Source: Candidatus Nanoarchaeia archaeon (GTDB lineage: Archaea; Nanobdellota; Nanobdellia; SCGC-AAA011-G17; GW2011-AR18). Taken from it: a stretch of 64,000 nt of DNA. A model generated the notes under the pieces. That model saw only the letters and a list, made by a program, of their open reading frames with translations. It was not told where the DNA came from and ran no database searches. Each line of letters starts with the position of its first letter. Position 1 is the first letter of the stretch. The stretch lies in contig DATDWR010000022.1 of NCBI GenBank assembly GCA_035289605.1, forward strand, positions 45,295 through 109,294, given 5' to 3'. Below, one piece after another: positions 8,722 to 17,533 of the stretch. A program made the translations under genes and the position numbers.

Positions 8722-10254
8722 CTAACAAGCACTATATTTATTTAATTGTTGTGGTACATAGTCTTTAGAATATATAGCATATACATTCCCAACACTATCA
8801 ACATCAACATCAGTAATTAAACCGTCTGGACCATATGTATTATTTTGAGGGAAAAAAACTTCATTTTTGACTACTGTAGTTACATATTTCCCATTATTGT
8901 CGAATTTCCACACAGCACTCTTTGACCTATCTGCAACAAATAAGGCTTTATCTTGTGCTTTTGATGCAGCTAGTTTCAGATTACGAGACGAGAATTTCTC
9001 ACTTTGTGGTCCTGTAAGTGCATAAAGCAGTTGATTGGCTGGTGATATTTTTATTACTCTGCTTTCTCTCCAAGGAACTACATTAAAATTGAATGTTGAA
9101 GCTACATAAAGCCCTTGAGGGCTAGTTTGTTCAAAAATTAAGGACATTGGATAAACACTTGTGGTTGTTGGAACAACTGTCTTCAAATCAAAGCTAGGCA
9201 ATTCCTGTCCTGCAGCAGTAAACATGAATACTTTGTCGCTGAATGCTACTGCGAAGTCTCCATTAGATTTAACATTCATAACAAATCCTCCAGCATTATT
9301 ATGTGCTTTCTGCACAAATGGAGTCAGAGTTTTGGTTACAGTGTTAAACTTAGCGACATAAAAAGTGCCGGATTTTGCATATGCTAAATACAGGTTATTC
9401 GCTGGTGCGTTAAATACTCTTGGACTGTATATTCCAGGCAATGCTTGGGTGTATTTTATAGCTCCTAGGTTATTAGCTAAGGCATCATATGCTGTTAATA
9501 CTAAATTAGGAGAATAAGATATCGGTTGTATAACAACATAAAATTTGTCCCCGCTTATTGTAAAATCCTTGCCTTCACCATTTAGCGCTATATCTTTCAA
9601 TAAATCTCCTGTATCACTTTTAAATAATCTTAATTTATATCTTGTTAACATCGCACTCAATGTAGGACCTATCTGCATAAATTTATAGCTATACTGTTCT
9701 CCAGTGTCTTTAGAGTAGATTTGTGAATATAGTTTAGGTGAGCCATCGTTATTTGTTAGTAATGTCCCTGAAGAATCTTTGCATTGTCCTATGCATCTAG
9801 ATGGTTGGGAAGTAGAAGTTGTGCTAAGGCATCCGTTTGTACACTTCTGGCTTTTTGTTGCAGGGCATGTTGCGCCTGTTTTAGAAGTTGATGTTGTTAT
9901 TAGTGTATTATAGTCTGTGCATGTTATTCTTTCTTTACAGTCATTTGTTGGCTGTGTTGTTGTTTTTTGCTTACTGCAAGTCCCGCCTATCGAAGCGCTG
10001 CAAATGTATCCAGCAGGGCAGGTTCCTTGTTTGCCTGGTCCTCCAGTGCACTTCTGTGTTGATGTATGAAAGAATTCTCCTGTGCTTTCTTCTACACTCG
10101 AATCTCCTAAAAAATTATTTCCTGTAAGTATTAATGCAAATGCTAAGACTAAAACTCCTGCAATAACAAGATATTTGTTAGAATTATTAGTAGATTTCTT
10201 TAATTCCATTTCTGTAACTATTTCACCTCTAACATTTTTTAGGTTGAAAGGCAT
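8722..10254 (-). CDS. Secreted/membrane-anchored Cys/Thr-rich protein with C-terminal beta-propeller-like (NHL-type) repeats
   Basis: 510 aa. N-terminal TM helix YLVIAGVLVLAFALILT. Cys- and Thr-rich stalk. Repeated beta-strand-rich segments, e.g. GPDGLITDVDVDSVGNVYAIYS. Confidence 0.5.
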   Translation of the reverse strand: MPFNLKNVRGEIVTEMELKKSTNNSNKYLVIAGVLVLAFALILTGNNFLGDSSVEESTGEFFHTSTQKCTGGPGKQGTCPAGYICSASIGGTCSKQKTTTQPTNDCKERITCTDYNTLITTSTSKTGATCPATKSQKCTNGCLSTTSTSQPSRCIGQCKDSSGTLLTNNDGSPKLYSQIYSKDTGEQYSYKFMQIGPTLSAMLTRYKLRLFKSDTGDLLKDIALNGEGKDFTISGDKFYVVIQPISYSPNLVLTAYDALANNLGAIKYTQALPGIYSPRVFNAPANNLYLAYAKSGTFYVAKFNTVTKTLTPFVQKAHNNAGGFVMNVKSNGDFAVAFSDKVFMFTAAGQELPSFDLKTVVPTTTSVYPMSLIFEQTSPQGLYVASTFNFNVVPWRESRVIKISPANQLLYALTGPQSEKFSSRNLKLAASKAQDKALFVADRSKSAVWKFDNNGKYVTTVVKNEVFFPQNNTYGPDGLITDVDVDSVGNVYAIYSKDYVPQQLNKYSAC

Positions 10255-10718
10255 TTAAATACTTTTGGATTAGATCGAGCTTTGTTTGATAAGTGCTCAA
10301 AAATAACCTCAATTAAATTTTTTTTCTAGCCATAAAATTAGAGTAGCACAAAAGACTTTACTTTTTACACAAATCCGATTTAGATCTAGCTTTTAGTAAA
10401 AAATAGAAAAATAAATTTAAATTATTCTCTGTCCGATTGCTGCCATCCCTTCATGTCAGTAGAGTCTAATCTTTTTTCTTTTCGTAGCGGGTTCTGTGGT
10501 GGCTTGTAGTGTCTGCTTCTCTCAAGCTTTACCTTATTAAGGTATTCTATTGCAGGAATTTTCATGATAAATTTATATTATGGACGAAGTTTTATATAAA
10601 TGTTAGGTTCACTAAACAGTAGCAGAAAAAATTGGAATGAAGTAAAAATGAATTTACCATATAGTTTCTAAAAAGATAATAACTAAACAAATCTAATTGG
10701 CTAAAGATAAAAATACAA

Positions 10719-10848
10719 CGCCGACGCCAGGATTTGAACCTAGAATTCCTTGCGGAACTAGTTTACTATTCTGGATTCGAGATACATCAACAATCACATT
10801 GCAAGTAGCGAAAGTTTCTAGCGCCTTACCAGATTAGGCTACGTCGGC
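10719..10848 (-). tRNA. tRNA gene with non-canonical intron(s); anticodon not resolved
   Basis: Minus-strand read starts GCCGACG-UA-GCCU-AAUCUGGUA-AGGC-G and ends CUAGG-UUCAAAU-CCUGG-CGUCGGC-G. This gives a perfect 7-bp acceptor stem, a D-arm with GG, a T-arm with a UUCAAAU loop and discriminator G, followed by an oligo-T run. About 80 nt lie between the D- and T-arms, so one or two introns are implied. Confidence 0.55.
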
Positions 10849-11051
10849 ATACTATTTTGAAGAGTTTCTACTTTTATAAGATTAATGTTATGTATTAGTT
10901 CTCATTCCGAATTACTTATTTTCTTTACATTTTACATCATAAAACTAATAAAAGTCTTACTAGAATATATACTCTGTAGACCGGATGTAGCTACAACATT
11001 AAGATTAATCAAATTCGAAATCTTTTTATTTCGCTTAAATATTAAATTTGT

Positions 11052-11930
11052 ATGGGTTTTTGGAAGAGGCAAAAAAGCAAAATTCTAATTGGTGGCGCAT
11101 TACTAACTATCGCAACAGGGGCATTAGGAGTTCTAAAAAGTGAAGAAGCAAGACTAAAAAGAGAAATTGTAGGATGTGAGAGAATAATAGAAAGTAAAAC
11201 AAGAGATGGTGGCATTCCAGAAGAATTGAAAAGAATAAAAGAAGCAATAAAGCAAAGAGAACAATTGCAAGAACAACAAGAAGAAGTTCAAGTTGGAGAA
11301 GGAGAATTAGCCGAACTGATAGAAAATCTAAAAAAATGGGAATTTGAATTTTCAGAAGAAAGAAAAGCTAAATCTTATAGTTTTGCTGGAGTAAATTTAC
11401 AAGCGTATAAAAAGAAATTTGATATGGGAAAAGAAGCATTAGTATTTTTCACAAGATTTTCAGATGAAAAAGCAGCACTATGGTATAACTATCGTAGACG
11501 TGACATTCTTAAAGATTGCAAAGACTTTCTTGAAGAATTAAATGGGTTTTTTCCGAGCGGCTTGTTTAAAGGATTTTACGAAGAATTCTATTCTGCGGAT
11601 ATTCCTATGTTTGACGAAACTTATGAGGATTTGCTTTACCAAGTATATCATCAAGTATTGCGGCCATTAAAATGGAATATTGAAGACATACAAGAAATAA
11701 AAAAAGCATTAATAGATATATCTAATGAAACAAATGACCTAATAGTTAAGTTAACAAAATCAGAAGAATTAAGAAAAAGACTGAAAGAGTATACAGAAAA
11801 AATGAATGATTTAAATTCAAAAACCACAGAATATCTAGATAAACTTGATATAATTCTTGACTATCTTCAAAACACCAAAGATCAATTAGAAAAAGAGATG
11901 CAGAGAAAGGGAATAAAAATTAGAGATTAA
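11052..11930 (+). CDS. Membrane-anchored coiled-coil protein, unknown function
   Basis: 292 aa. N-terminal TM helix ILIGGALLTIATGALGVL, then a highly charged coiled-coil-like sequence. Confidence 0.4.
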   Translation: MGFWKRQKSKILIGGALLTIATGALGVLKSEEARLKREIVGCERIIESKTRDGGIPEELKRIKEAIKQREQLQEQQEEVQVGEGELAELIENLKKWEFEFSEERKAKSYSFAGVNLQAYKKKFDMGKEALVFFTRFSDEKAALWYNYRRRDILKDCKDFLEELNGFFPSGLFKGFYEEFYSADIPMFDETYEDLLYQVYHQVLRPLKWNIEDIQEIKKALIDISNETNDLIVKLTKSEELRKRLKEYTEKMNDLNSKTTEYLDKLDIILDYLQNTKDQLEKEMQRKGIKIRD

Positions 11931-12033
11931 AAACTTAATAATTAAATCTTCTTTCATAATCTTTATGATCGAACCATTCTAGAATTAAGCTTACTACAAT
12001 AACTTCATCACGAGCTATAGAATAAATTAACCT

Positions 12034-12270
12034 TCAGCCTTTAGGAAGGTCATACTTCCAAATATTTGTTACTCCATAATTCTGAATGTAAACCTTAGGA
12101 ATTAATTTCTTAGGTATCTGTATTCCACAAAAAGCGTTCTTTTCAATATTATCTATTGCCTGATTAATTAATCTAAACAATTCTCTTTCTTGATCATCGC
12201 CATTTTCCAATTTATAAAAAGCTTCCTTAACTTTCTTGTCTGCAAATTTTACATCTGATGGCAACTTCAT
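12034..12270 (-). CDS. Small protein, possible RelE/ParE-like toxin (second gene of a two-gene cassette)
   Basis: 78 aa. C-terminal …NIWKYDLPKG is reminiscent of RelE/YoeB-type toxins. Overlaps the upstream gene by 4 nt (ATGA). Confidence 0.3.
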   Translation of the reverse strand: MKLPSDVKFADKKVKEAFYKLENGDDQERELFRLINQAIDNIEKNAFCGIQIPKKLIPKVYIQNYGVTNIWKYDLPKG

Positions 12271-12560
12271 TTTTTTCTACCTAAATCTTTCCTAGAATGG
12301 TATTTTCTTGCTAGTTCAGGATTATATATCCAACCAACTTTGCTTTCTTTGTCTATAGCTATCTTTCCAGAATATAGTAAATAATCGATTATAACACAAA
12401 ATGTCTGATACATCATCTTTTTAGGCAATGATTCCCATAATTTCCTTTTCTTGAATTCTCCATCATGCTCTCTAATGAAACTTTCTACCATAAGAACAGT
12501 ATCTAATCTGGGATATCTTAATATGTCTTCAATATTCATACTTTCTGTCTCGGTTATCAT
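12267..12560 (-). CDS. Small protein, possible antitoxin/regulator (first gene of the cassette)
   Basis: 97 aa. Start codon abuts a perfect 18-bp palindrome. Translationally coupled to the downstream small gene. Confidence 0.3.
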   Translation of the reverse strand: MITETESMNIEDILRYPRLDTVLMVESFIREHDGEFKKRKLWESLPKKMMYQTFCVIIDYLLYSGKIAIDKESKVGWIYNPELARKYHSRKDLGRKK

Positions 12561-12561
12561 G

Positions 12562-12579
12562 TTATATCAATTGATATAA
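12562..12579. promoter_or_regulatory. Perfect 18-bp palindrome TTATATCAATTGATATAA immediately upstream of the start codon of 12267..12560
   Basis: The sequence is its own reverse complement. Its position at the start codon suggests an operator for an autoregulated small-gene pair. Confidence 0.4.
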
Positions 12580-12726
12580 TATAAATATATAAACCTTTCT
12601 ATTAATTGCACTAACATTACATTTGTAGTCATGTTGTCGCTACAATAGACAGACAAAGATTTAATCAACAACTCTTTTGCTTGTTCTTAAAGATAATTAA
12701 ATTATTCCTAATTATACTCTTTACTA

Positions 12727-14022
12727 ATGAGAAGATTTATATATAAGTACTCATTACTAATGAGTATGTTAGATAAGGATAATTTAAGGAAAATAGTAAT
12801 TAGGCAAAAACAGGATATTTCAGTAAAACAAAGTTTTGTTAGAAGAGAATTGCTTGATGAAATTTTAAAATGGTTTAAGGATAACAGAGTAATAATTCTT
12901 ACAGGCATTAGAAGATGCGGCAAGTCAACATTACTTAAGGAAATCATGCAAAATGTATCAAACTGGTGCTATGTCAATTTTGAAGACGAGAGATTCTTGG
13001 ATTTTAGAGCTCAGGACTTTGAAATGCTTAACGAAGTTCTTATTGAGCAATATGATAACATAAACATTTATTTTTTTGATGAAATACAAAATATAGAAAA
13101 ATTTGAGACATTTGTAAGAAGACTACAGGATGAAGGGAAAAAAGTCATAATAACAGGATCAAATGCTTCTTTACTCAGCAAAGAATTTGGAACAAGATTA
13201 ACAGGAAGATACAAGCCTTTTGAAGTGTATCCATTCTCTTTTCACGAGTTCCTTCAATTTAATGATATAAAATTAAACAAAAATGATTTCTACATTATAG
13301 AAAATAAAGTTAGCCTGATAAAACTTTTCAGAGAATATCTAATATCTGGAGGGCTGCCAGAATACCTAAAAAACAAAGATAAAGAATACGTCAGAACAGT
13401 TTATGAAAATATTTTGTATAAAGATGTTATATCTAGATATGCCATAAGAAAACAAAAAATAATTAAAGAATTAATAAATATATTAAGCACAAATATTTCC
13501 TCACAATTTACATATAATTCATTGAAAAATTCTATTGGATTGGGGAATGCGATAACAGTAAAAGAATATATATCTTATTTGGCTAATTCTTATCTATTTT
13601 TTGAATTGTTGAAATTTTCTTACTCAGTAAGACAACAACTTAATTCACCAAGAAAAATATACTTGATAGACTCTGCTTTTAATCAAATATGCGGATTGAA
13701 CTTTTCAGAAAATAAAGGAAAAGTACTAGAGAACATGGTATTTATTCAATTGAAAAGAAAAAATAAAGAAATATACTATTATGCAGATAAAAATGAATGC
13801 GACTTCATAATAAAAGACAAAACAAAAATAACAGAAGCAATACAAGTATGTTATACTCTGAATGAGAGCAACAAAGAAAGAGAAATAGGTGGGCTGCTTG
13901 AAGCTATGGAAAGATTCAAGTTGAAAAAAGGTATAATACTAACCTATGAACAAACTGAAGAAATAAATATAAAGGGTAAAAAAATTCAAGTACTGCCAGT
14001 ATATAAATGGATACTAGAATAA
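12727..14022 (+). CDS. AAA+ ATPase of the archaeal ATPase family (AAA_14 + DUF4143-like)
   Basis: 431 aa. Walker A GIRRCGKSTL and Walker B IYFFDEIQ. The C-terminal half is typical of the DUF4143 family. The true start is probably the internal Met (MSMLDK…). Confidence 0.7.
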   Translation: MRRFIYKYSLLMSMLDKDNLRKIVIRQKQDISVKQSFVRRELLDEILKWFKDNRVIILTGIRRCGKSTLLKEIMQNVSNWCYVNFEDERFLDFRAQDFEMLNEVLIEQYDNINIYFFDEIQNIEKFETFVRRLQDEGKKVIITGSNASLLSKEFGTRLTGRYKPFEVYPFSFHEFLQFNDIKLNKNDFYIIENKVSLIKLFREYLISGGLPEYLKNKDKEYVRTVYENILYKDVISRYAIRKQKIIKELINILSTNISSQFTYNSLKNSIGLGNAITVKEYISYLANSYLFFELLKFSYSVRQQLNSPRKIYLIDSAFNQICGLNFSENKGKVLENMVFIQLKRKNKEIYYYADKNECDFIIKDKTKITEAIQVCYTLNESNKEREIGGLLEAMERFKLKKGIILTYEQTEEINIKGKKIQVLPVYKWILE

Positions 14023-14251
14023 TTTACTTAGTAAAACGTATTTTTGACAAAGGCTATCCAGTCGTTCGCTGATGCTCACTACACAGCAAGCTGCGGGGTA
14101 TTAGACCAAAATGGGAATAAACATATAATTGAAAGTCTAAACTTAAAATCAGGAGAAGAGATTCAAATTACAGTACCAGATAAAAAACATATTCTATTGA
14201 CTTTGGAATAAACAACAATATATTTAAACAAATAATTATATAATCCATTAT

Positions 14252-14980
14252 ATGCAGGATAAATTACTTGAAATGTTGATGCAGAAGGATGAGATTACAT
14301 GGCAGACTATAATCCTAGATTTAATAAAAACTGGAGAGATGGATCCTTGGGATATAGATATTTCAATACTGTCAAATAAGTATTTAGAAACCATAAAAAA
14401 AATGCAGGAATCAAATTTATTCATTTCAGGAAAAGTTATTTTGGCGTCTGCAATTTTATTGAAAATTAAATCAGAAAAGCTTCTTGTAGAAGGTATAGCC
14501 GCTTTAGATAATTTAATGTTCCCTTCAGATGACATAGAAGAATTAGACCAGTTTGTTGGTGATAAAAAAATAATTCTGGACGCTGAGCCAAAATTGACAA
14601 TTAAAACTCCCCAGACAAGAAAGAAAAAAGTTAGTGTTGATGACCTTATAGGCGCTCTTGAAAAGGCATTGGAAGTGAATGAGAGAAGATTATTAAGGCT
14701 GGCTGAAAGAAATAGGATTCCTGAAAATATGACAATACCTGAAAAGCCTATAGATATAACTTTGATAATAAAGCAGCTTTATGAAAAGATAAAAATTGTT
14801 TTTGCCAAGAAGCCTGTGATAACCTTTAGCGAATTAATAAGTAGTGGGCAAAAACAGGAAAAATTAGCAACATTTGTTCCCTTGTTGCATTTATCCAATC
14901 TGGAAAAAGTAGATCTAAATCAGGAAGAGCATTTCGGAGAGATTTACATAAAATTATATAAACAGCAAGAAGAGAATTAA
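14252..14980 (+). CDS. scpA: Segregation and condensation protein A (kleisin ScpA)
   Basis: 242 aa. …GEMDPWDIDISILSNKYLETI…LFISGKVILASAILLKIKSEKLL… is the ScpA N-terminal signature. Confidence 0.75.
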   Translation: MQDKLLEMLMQKDEITWQTIILDLIKTGEMDPWDIDISILSNKYLETIKKMQESNLFISGKVILASAILLKIKSEKLLVEGIAALDNLMFPSDDIEELDQFVGDKKIILDAEPKLTIKTPQTRKKKVSVDDLIGALEKALEVNERRLLRLAERNRIPENMTIPEKPIDITLIIKQLYEKIKIVFAKKPVITFSELISSGQKQEKLATFVPLLHLSNLEKVDLNQEEHFGEIYIKLYKQQEEN

Positions 14981-15351
14981 GGAGTTTGTCTTTTTATATC
15001 TAAATTGTCAAAATCTGAATCATAGCTTAGAATACATTCACAATTATTTAGCATAGCAATAGTATAATGTACTAAATCTATAAATCTTAATTTTTTATTT
15101 GCATCTGATCTTTTCATAGCCTCAAAAACTGTATTAACATCCACATTAATTATAATTAAATTTAATTTTAAAATTGACTTTATCGATTTTACAGCTCTTT
15201 CTCTGCTAGATTCAAATTCTATTATGTTAAAAGCTTCAATTAAATTTAATGAATCTATTATTCCCCCTTCTCTTAAAGCCTGCTGACAAAGATCCTGATG
15301 TTCATTCTCATAAAAAGCATAAGCTAAGATTGTGCTGTCTATAAATCTCAT
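14977..15351 (-). CDS. vapC: PIN-domain toxin (VapC)
   Basis: 124 aa. MRFIDSTILAY…FIDLVHYTIAML… fits the PIN fold acidic-residue pattern. Overlaps the upstream antitoxin by 4 nt. Confidence 0.75.
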   Translation of the reverse strand: MRFIDSTILAYAFYENEHQDLCQQALREGGIIDSLNLIEAFNIIEFESSRERAVKSIKSILKLNLIIINVDVNTVFEAMKRSDANKKLRFIDLVHYTIAMLNNCECILSYDSDFDNLDIKRQTP

Positions 15352-15581
15352 CTAAACATCCTCTGATTCAGTTCTTTCATTTGCCTTACTGTTAAATTAT
15401 GCTTCGGTTTAACATTCTTAGCTTCTCTAAAAACTTCTTCCACATCTTCTTCAATTGGTTTTATTAATATATTGCCATTTTTTTCTTCTATTTCTACTTT
15501 ACTTCCAACCTCCAAACCTAAATGGTTTCTTATATCTGAAGGAATTGTTATTTGCAGACCTTTGCTTATTGTTACTATCAT
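15348..15581 (-). CDS. vapB: AbrB/MazE/SpoVT-type antitoxin (VapB)
   Basis: 77 aa. MIVTISKGLQITIPSDIRNHLGLEVGSKVEIEEKNGNILIKP is a swapped-hairpin domain. Confidence 0.7.
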   Translation of the reverse strand: MIVTISKGLQITIPSDIRNHLGLEVGSKVEIEEKNGNILIKPIEEDVEEVFREAKNVKPKHNLTVRQMKELNQRMFR

Positions 15582-15696
15582 TTTAACCTCCTAATTGTTA
15601 ATTATTAATTAAGCATTATTAATATATAAACATTTCTATTTTTTGAGCTGTAGCCTTATAGGTTTATAAAAAAGAAAAATTTATTCTTCTATTTTA

Positions 15697-16374
15697 TTAT
15701 TGATCATCTTTATATTCACCTAATGTCTTTTGTTTTTTAGATTTCTTCCCACTTGCATATTCTTGGTATGGTGCCCATGAGTGTCTGAATATTTCAGGAT
15801 ATTTGTTCCAGTTTTCCTTCAAGAATTGTTTAGTTTTAGGATCAGAGACATACCCAGAACCAAAGTCAATTCCTATTCTCTTTTTTATTAATAAAACTTC
15901 TTCCTCTCTTGCGCACTTTGCTAATATTGAAGCAGCCCCTACAGCAACGAAATTTTTGTCGGCATGGTGTTCACATCTTAGTGAGGAATTTATTTTTATT
16001 TTGTTTTTCAAGAATTGTGCGAATGCTTTTTTATTGTTGCTTGGACAATCAACTACAACTTGGTCTGGCTTAAGATAGTTTATTATTTCAGCCATTTTTT
16101 CCCCTTCCAGAAAATTTAAATTAGAAACTCCATCAGACATTACAGCTTTGTCAACTTCTTCAGGATATACTTTTATTATTTTGTAATCCTTAACAATTTT
16201 CACTATTTCCTTGCAAATCCTTTCTCTCTGTTTTTGCGTCAATAATTTAGAATCTTTTACTCCAATAGACTTCAGTTTATCTAAATCATTTTCTTCTATT
16301 AATACTCCAGCCATTATCATTGGACCTATTACTGGGCCACGGCCAGCATCATCAATACCACAAATTAATGTCAT
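15697..16374 (-). CDS. rnhB: Ribonuclease HII
   Basis: 225 aa. N-terminal GIDDAGRGPVIGPMIMAGV is the RNase HII active-site motif. Confidence 0.85.
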   Translation of the reverse strand: MTLICGIDDAGRGPVIGPMIMAGVLIEENDLDKLKSIGVKDSKLLTQKQRERICKEIVKIVKDYKIIKVYPEEVDKAVMSDGVSNLNFLEGEKMAEIINYLKPDQVVVDCPSNNKKAFAQFLKNKIKINSSLRCEHHADKNFVAVGAASILAKCAREEEVLLIKKRIGIDFGSGYVSDPKTKQFLKENWNKYPEIFRHSWAPYQEYASGKKSKKQKTLGEYKDDQ

Positions 16375-16549
16375 AAAAATTTATCTTTTCTTTATAATAT
16401 AAAACTTTCTAGAACATAAAATAGTCTAAATTATTCTTATAGCTTTCAGAAAGAACCAAACTAGGATTATTAACATACCTATCCAAAAAATTATTACCCA
16501 TAAAGTTGTTCTATATGCACTTTGGCCACTGGACACGACAGGAACGGGC

Positions 16550-17212
16550 GTGGAGTTTATAAATAAAAACTCACTTAATTATAAAATGAAATTGGAAAAA
16601 GAAATATTTTTAGCTTCGCATGTAAGTGCTGATGGTTGGCTATCAAAATATATAGAAAAAAATTGTCTGCAGATAGTTCATGGAAGAAGATATTATAAAA
16701 ATAGAATGAGATATACTATAGGTTATTGTAATAACAATAAGGTTCTGATAGAATTATTTGTGAGAAATATGTTTGATGCTTTTAGTTTAAAACCTAGATA
16801 TGCCAAGAATAAAACCCAAGTAATTTTTAGATCAAAAAGAGTGTATGATCAATTAAAAGAGTTAGGTACAGGGGATAGTTATAATTGGTTTATTCATAAA
16901 TCTGTTTATAAAAGAAAAAGATTAATGCAAATATGGTTGAGATCTTTTTATGATGACGAGTCTACTTTAAATGGTAAAAGAGTAATTGTAGATAGTGTAA
17001 ATAAAAATGGTCTAAGACAAGTAAGTCAGCTATTAAAAAAACTTAAAATTAATCACATTTTCAGAGAATATAATTTCAAGTATAAAGGATTAATAAAGAA
17101 AAGATATAGAATTACTGCTTATAATTTAGAGCAATATTATAATTTAATAGGTTTTAACAATACAGAAAAGAAATCTAAAATTTTAAAGTTGCTAAGGAAA
17201 TACAGAGTATAG
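16550..17212 (+). CDS. Free-standing LAGLIDADG homing endonuclease (double-motif)
   Basis: First motif FLASHVSADGWLS and second motif WLRSFYDDESTL, at the right spacing. ORF opens with GTG at 16550. The more probable start is ATG at 16586 (MKLEKEIF…). Preceded by the conserved 80-nt leader. Confidence 0.75.
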   Translation: MEFINKNSLNYKMKLEKEIFLASHVSADGWLSKYIEKNCLQIVHGRRYYKNRMRYTIGYCNNNKVLIELFVRNMFDAFSLKPRYAKNKTQVIFRSKRVYDQLKELGTGDSYNWFIHKSVYKRKRLMQIWLRSFYDDESTLNGKRVIVDSVNKNGLRQVSQLLKKLKINHIFREYNFKYKGLIKKRYRITAYNLEQYYNLIGFNNTEKKSKILKLLRKYRV

Positions 17213-17220
17213 CGGGAGTT

Positions 17221-17490
17221 CTCCAGAGCAACTTTCGTCAACCCTTTTGGATTTGAACCAACGACCCAACCGTGCTAATAGCATTTCGGGTATCGCAAAG
17301 AGTGCTTAACTCCTTATGAGCCTTCCGCGATAAGACATTCCATCAATTATCTCGACGGACATTTAGGCACTATAAGTGTCTCCTAGTTGGACGTATAAAT
17401 TACTCTGTCCTATCCTTATAGGCCCAAAGGCTCGCTATGGTATCAGCTTTCCGCTACCTCTGCAGAATTCAGAATCCCAGTTATTTTTAT
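17221..17490. ncRNA. GC-rich structured RNA candidate (minus strand favoured); possible reduced RNase P RNA or other structured ncRNA
   Basis: About 270 nt with no ORF and about 45% GC in a roughly 30% GC genome. Ends can pair (UCUGCAGAG / CUCUGGAGA). Minus-strand read contains GCGGAAAGCUGAUACCAUAGCGAGCC (compare RNase P CR-I GGAAAGUCCGGGCUCCAUAGGGCA), CUUAUCG (compare GGCUUAUCGG) and a GGUUCAAAUCC T-loop-like motif. Confidence 0.35.
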
Positions 17491-17533
17491 AAACCTTTTG
17501 TATCTTATTTATCACAGCACTTAAGGTAAAAAG

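Noticed and set aside
10425-10565. 46-aa minus-strand ORF MKIPAIEYLNKVKLERSRHYKPPQNPLRKEKRLDSTDMKGWQQSDRE, considered as a small basic ribosomal-type protein
   Set aside because: No convincing match to L39e, L40e, S27ae or other small ribosomal proteins from memory. Kept only as a note for tblastn.
10885-11088. ORF 10885..11088 (67 aa) in the tRNA-to-11052 intergenic region
   Set aside because: Low-complexity translation. It overlaps the likely promoter and start of the 11052..11930 gene. There is no supporting signal.
15582-15696. TTAATTATTAATTAA palindrome upstream of vapB as an operator
   Set aside because: Plausible as an operator. But 7-1-7 palindromes built only of A/T are expected by chance in DNA that is about 70% AT. 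It is mentioned only here.
17255-17285. GGTTCAAATCC T-loop-like motif, as a sign of a second tRNA
   Set aside because: No acceptor-stem partner (CAACCCT) or D-arm could be found on either strand. It was treated as part of the larger structured-RNA candidate.
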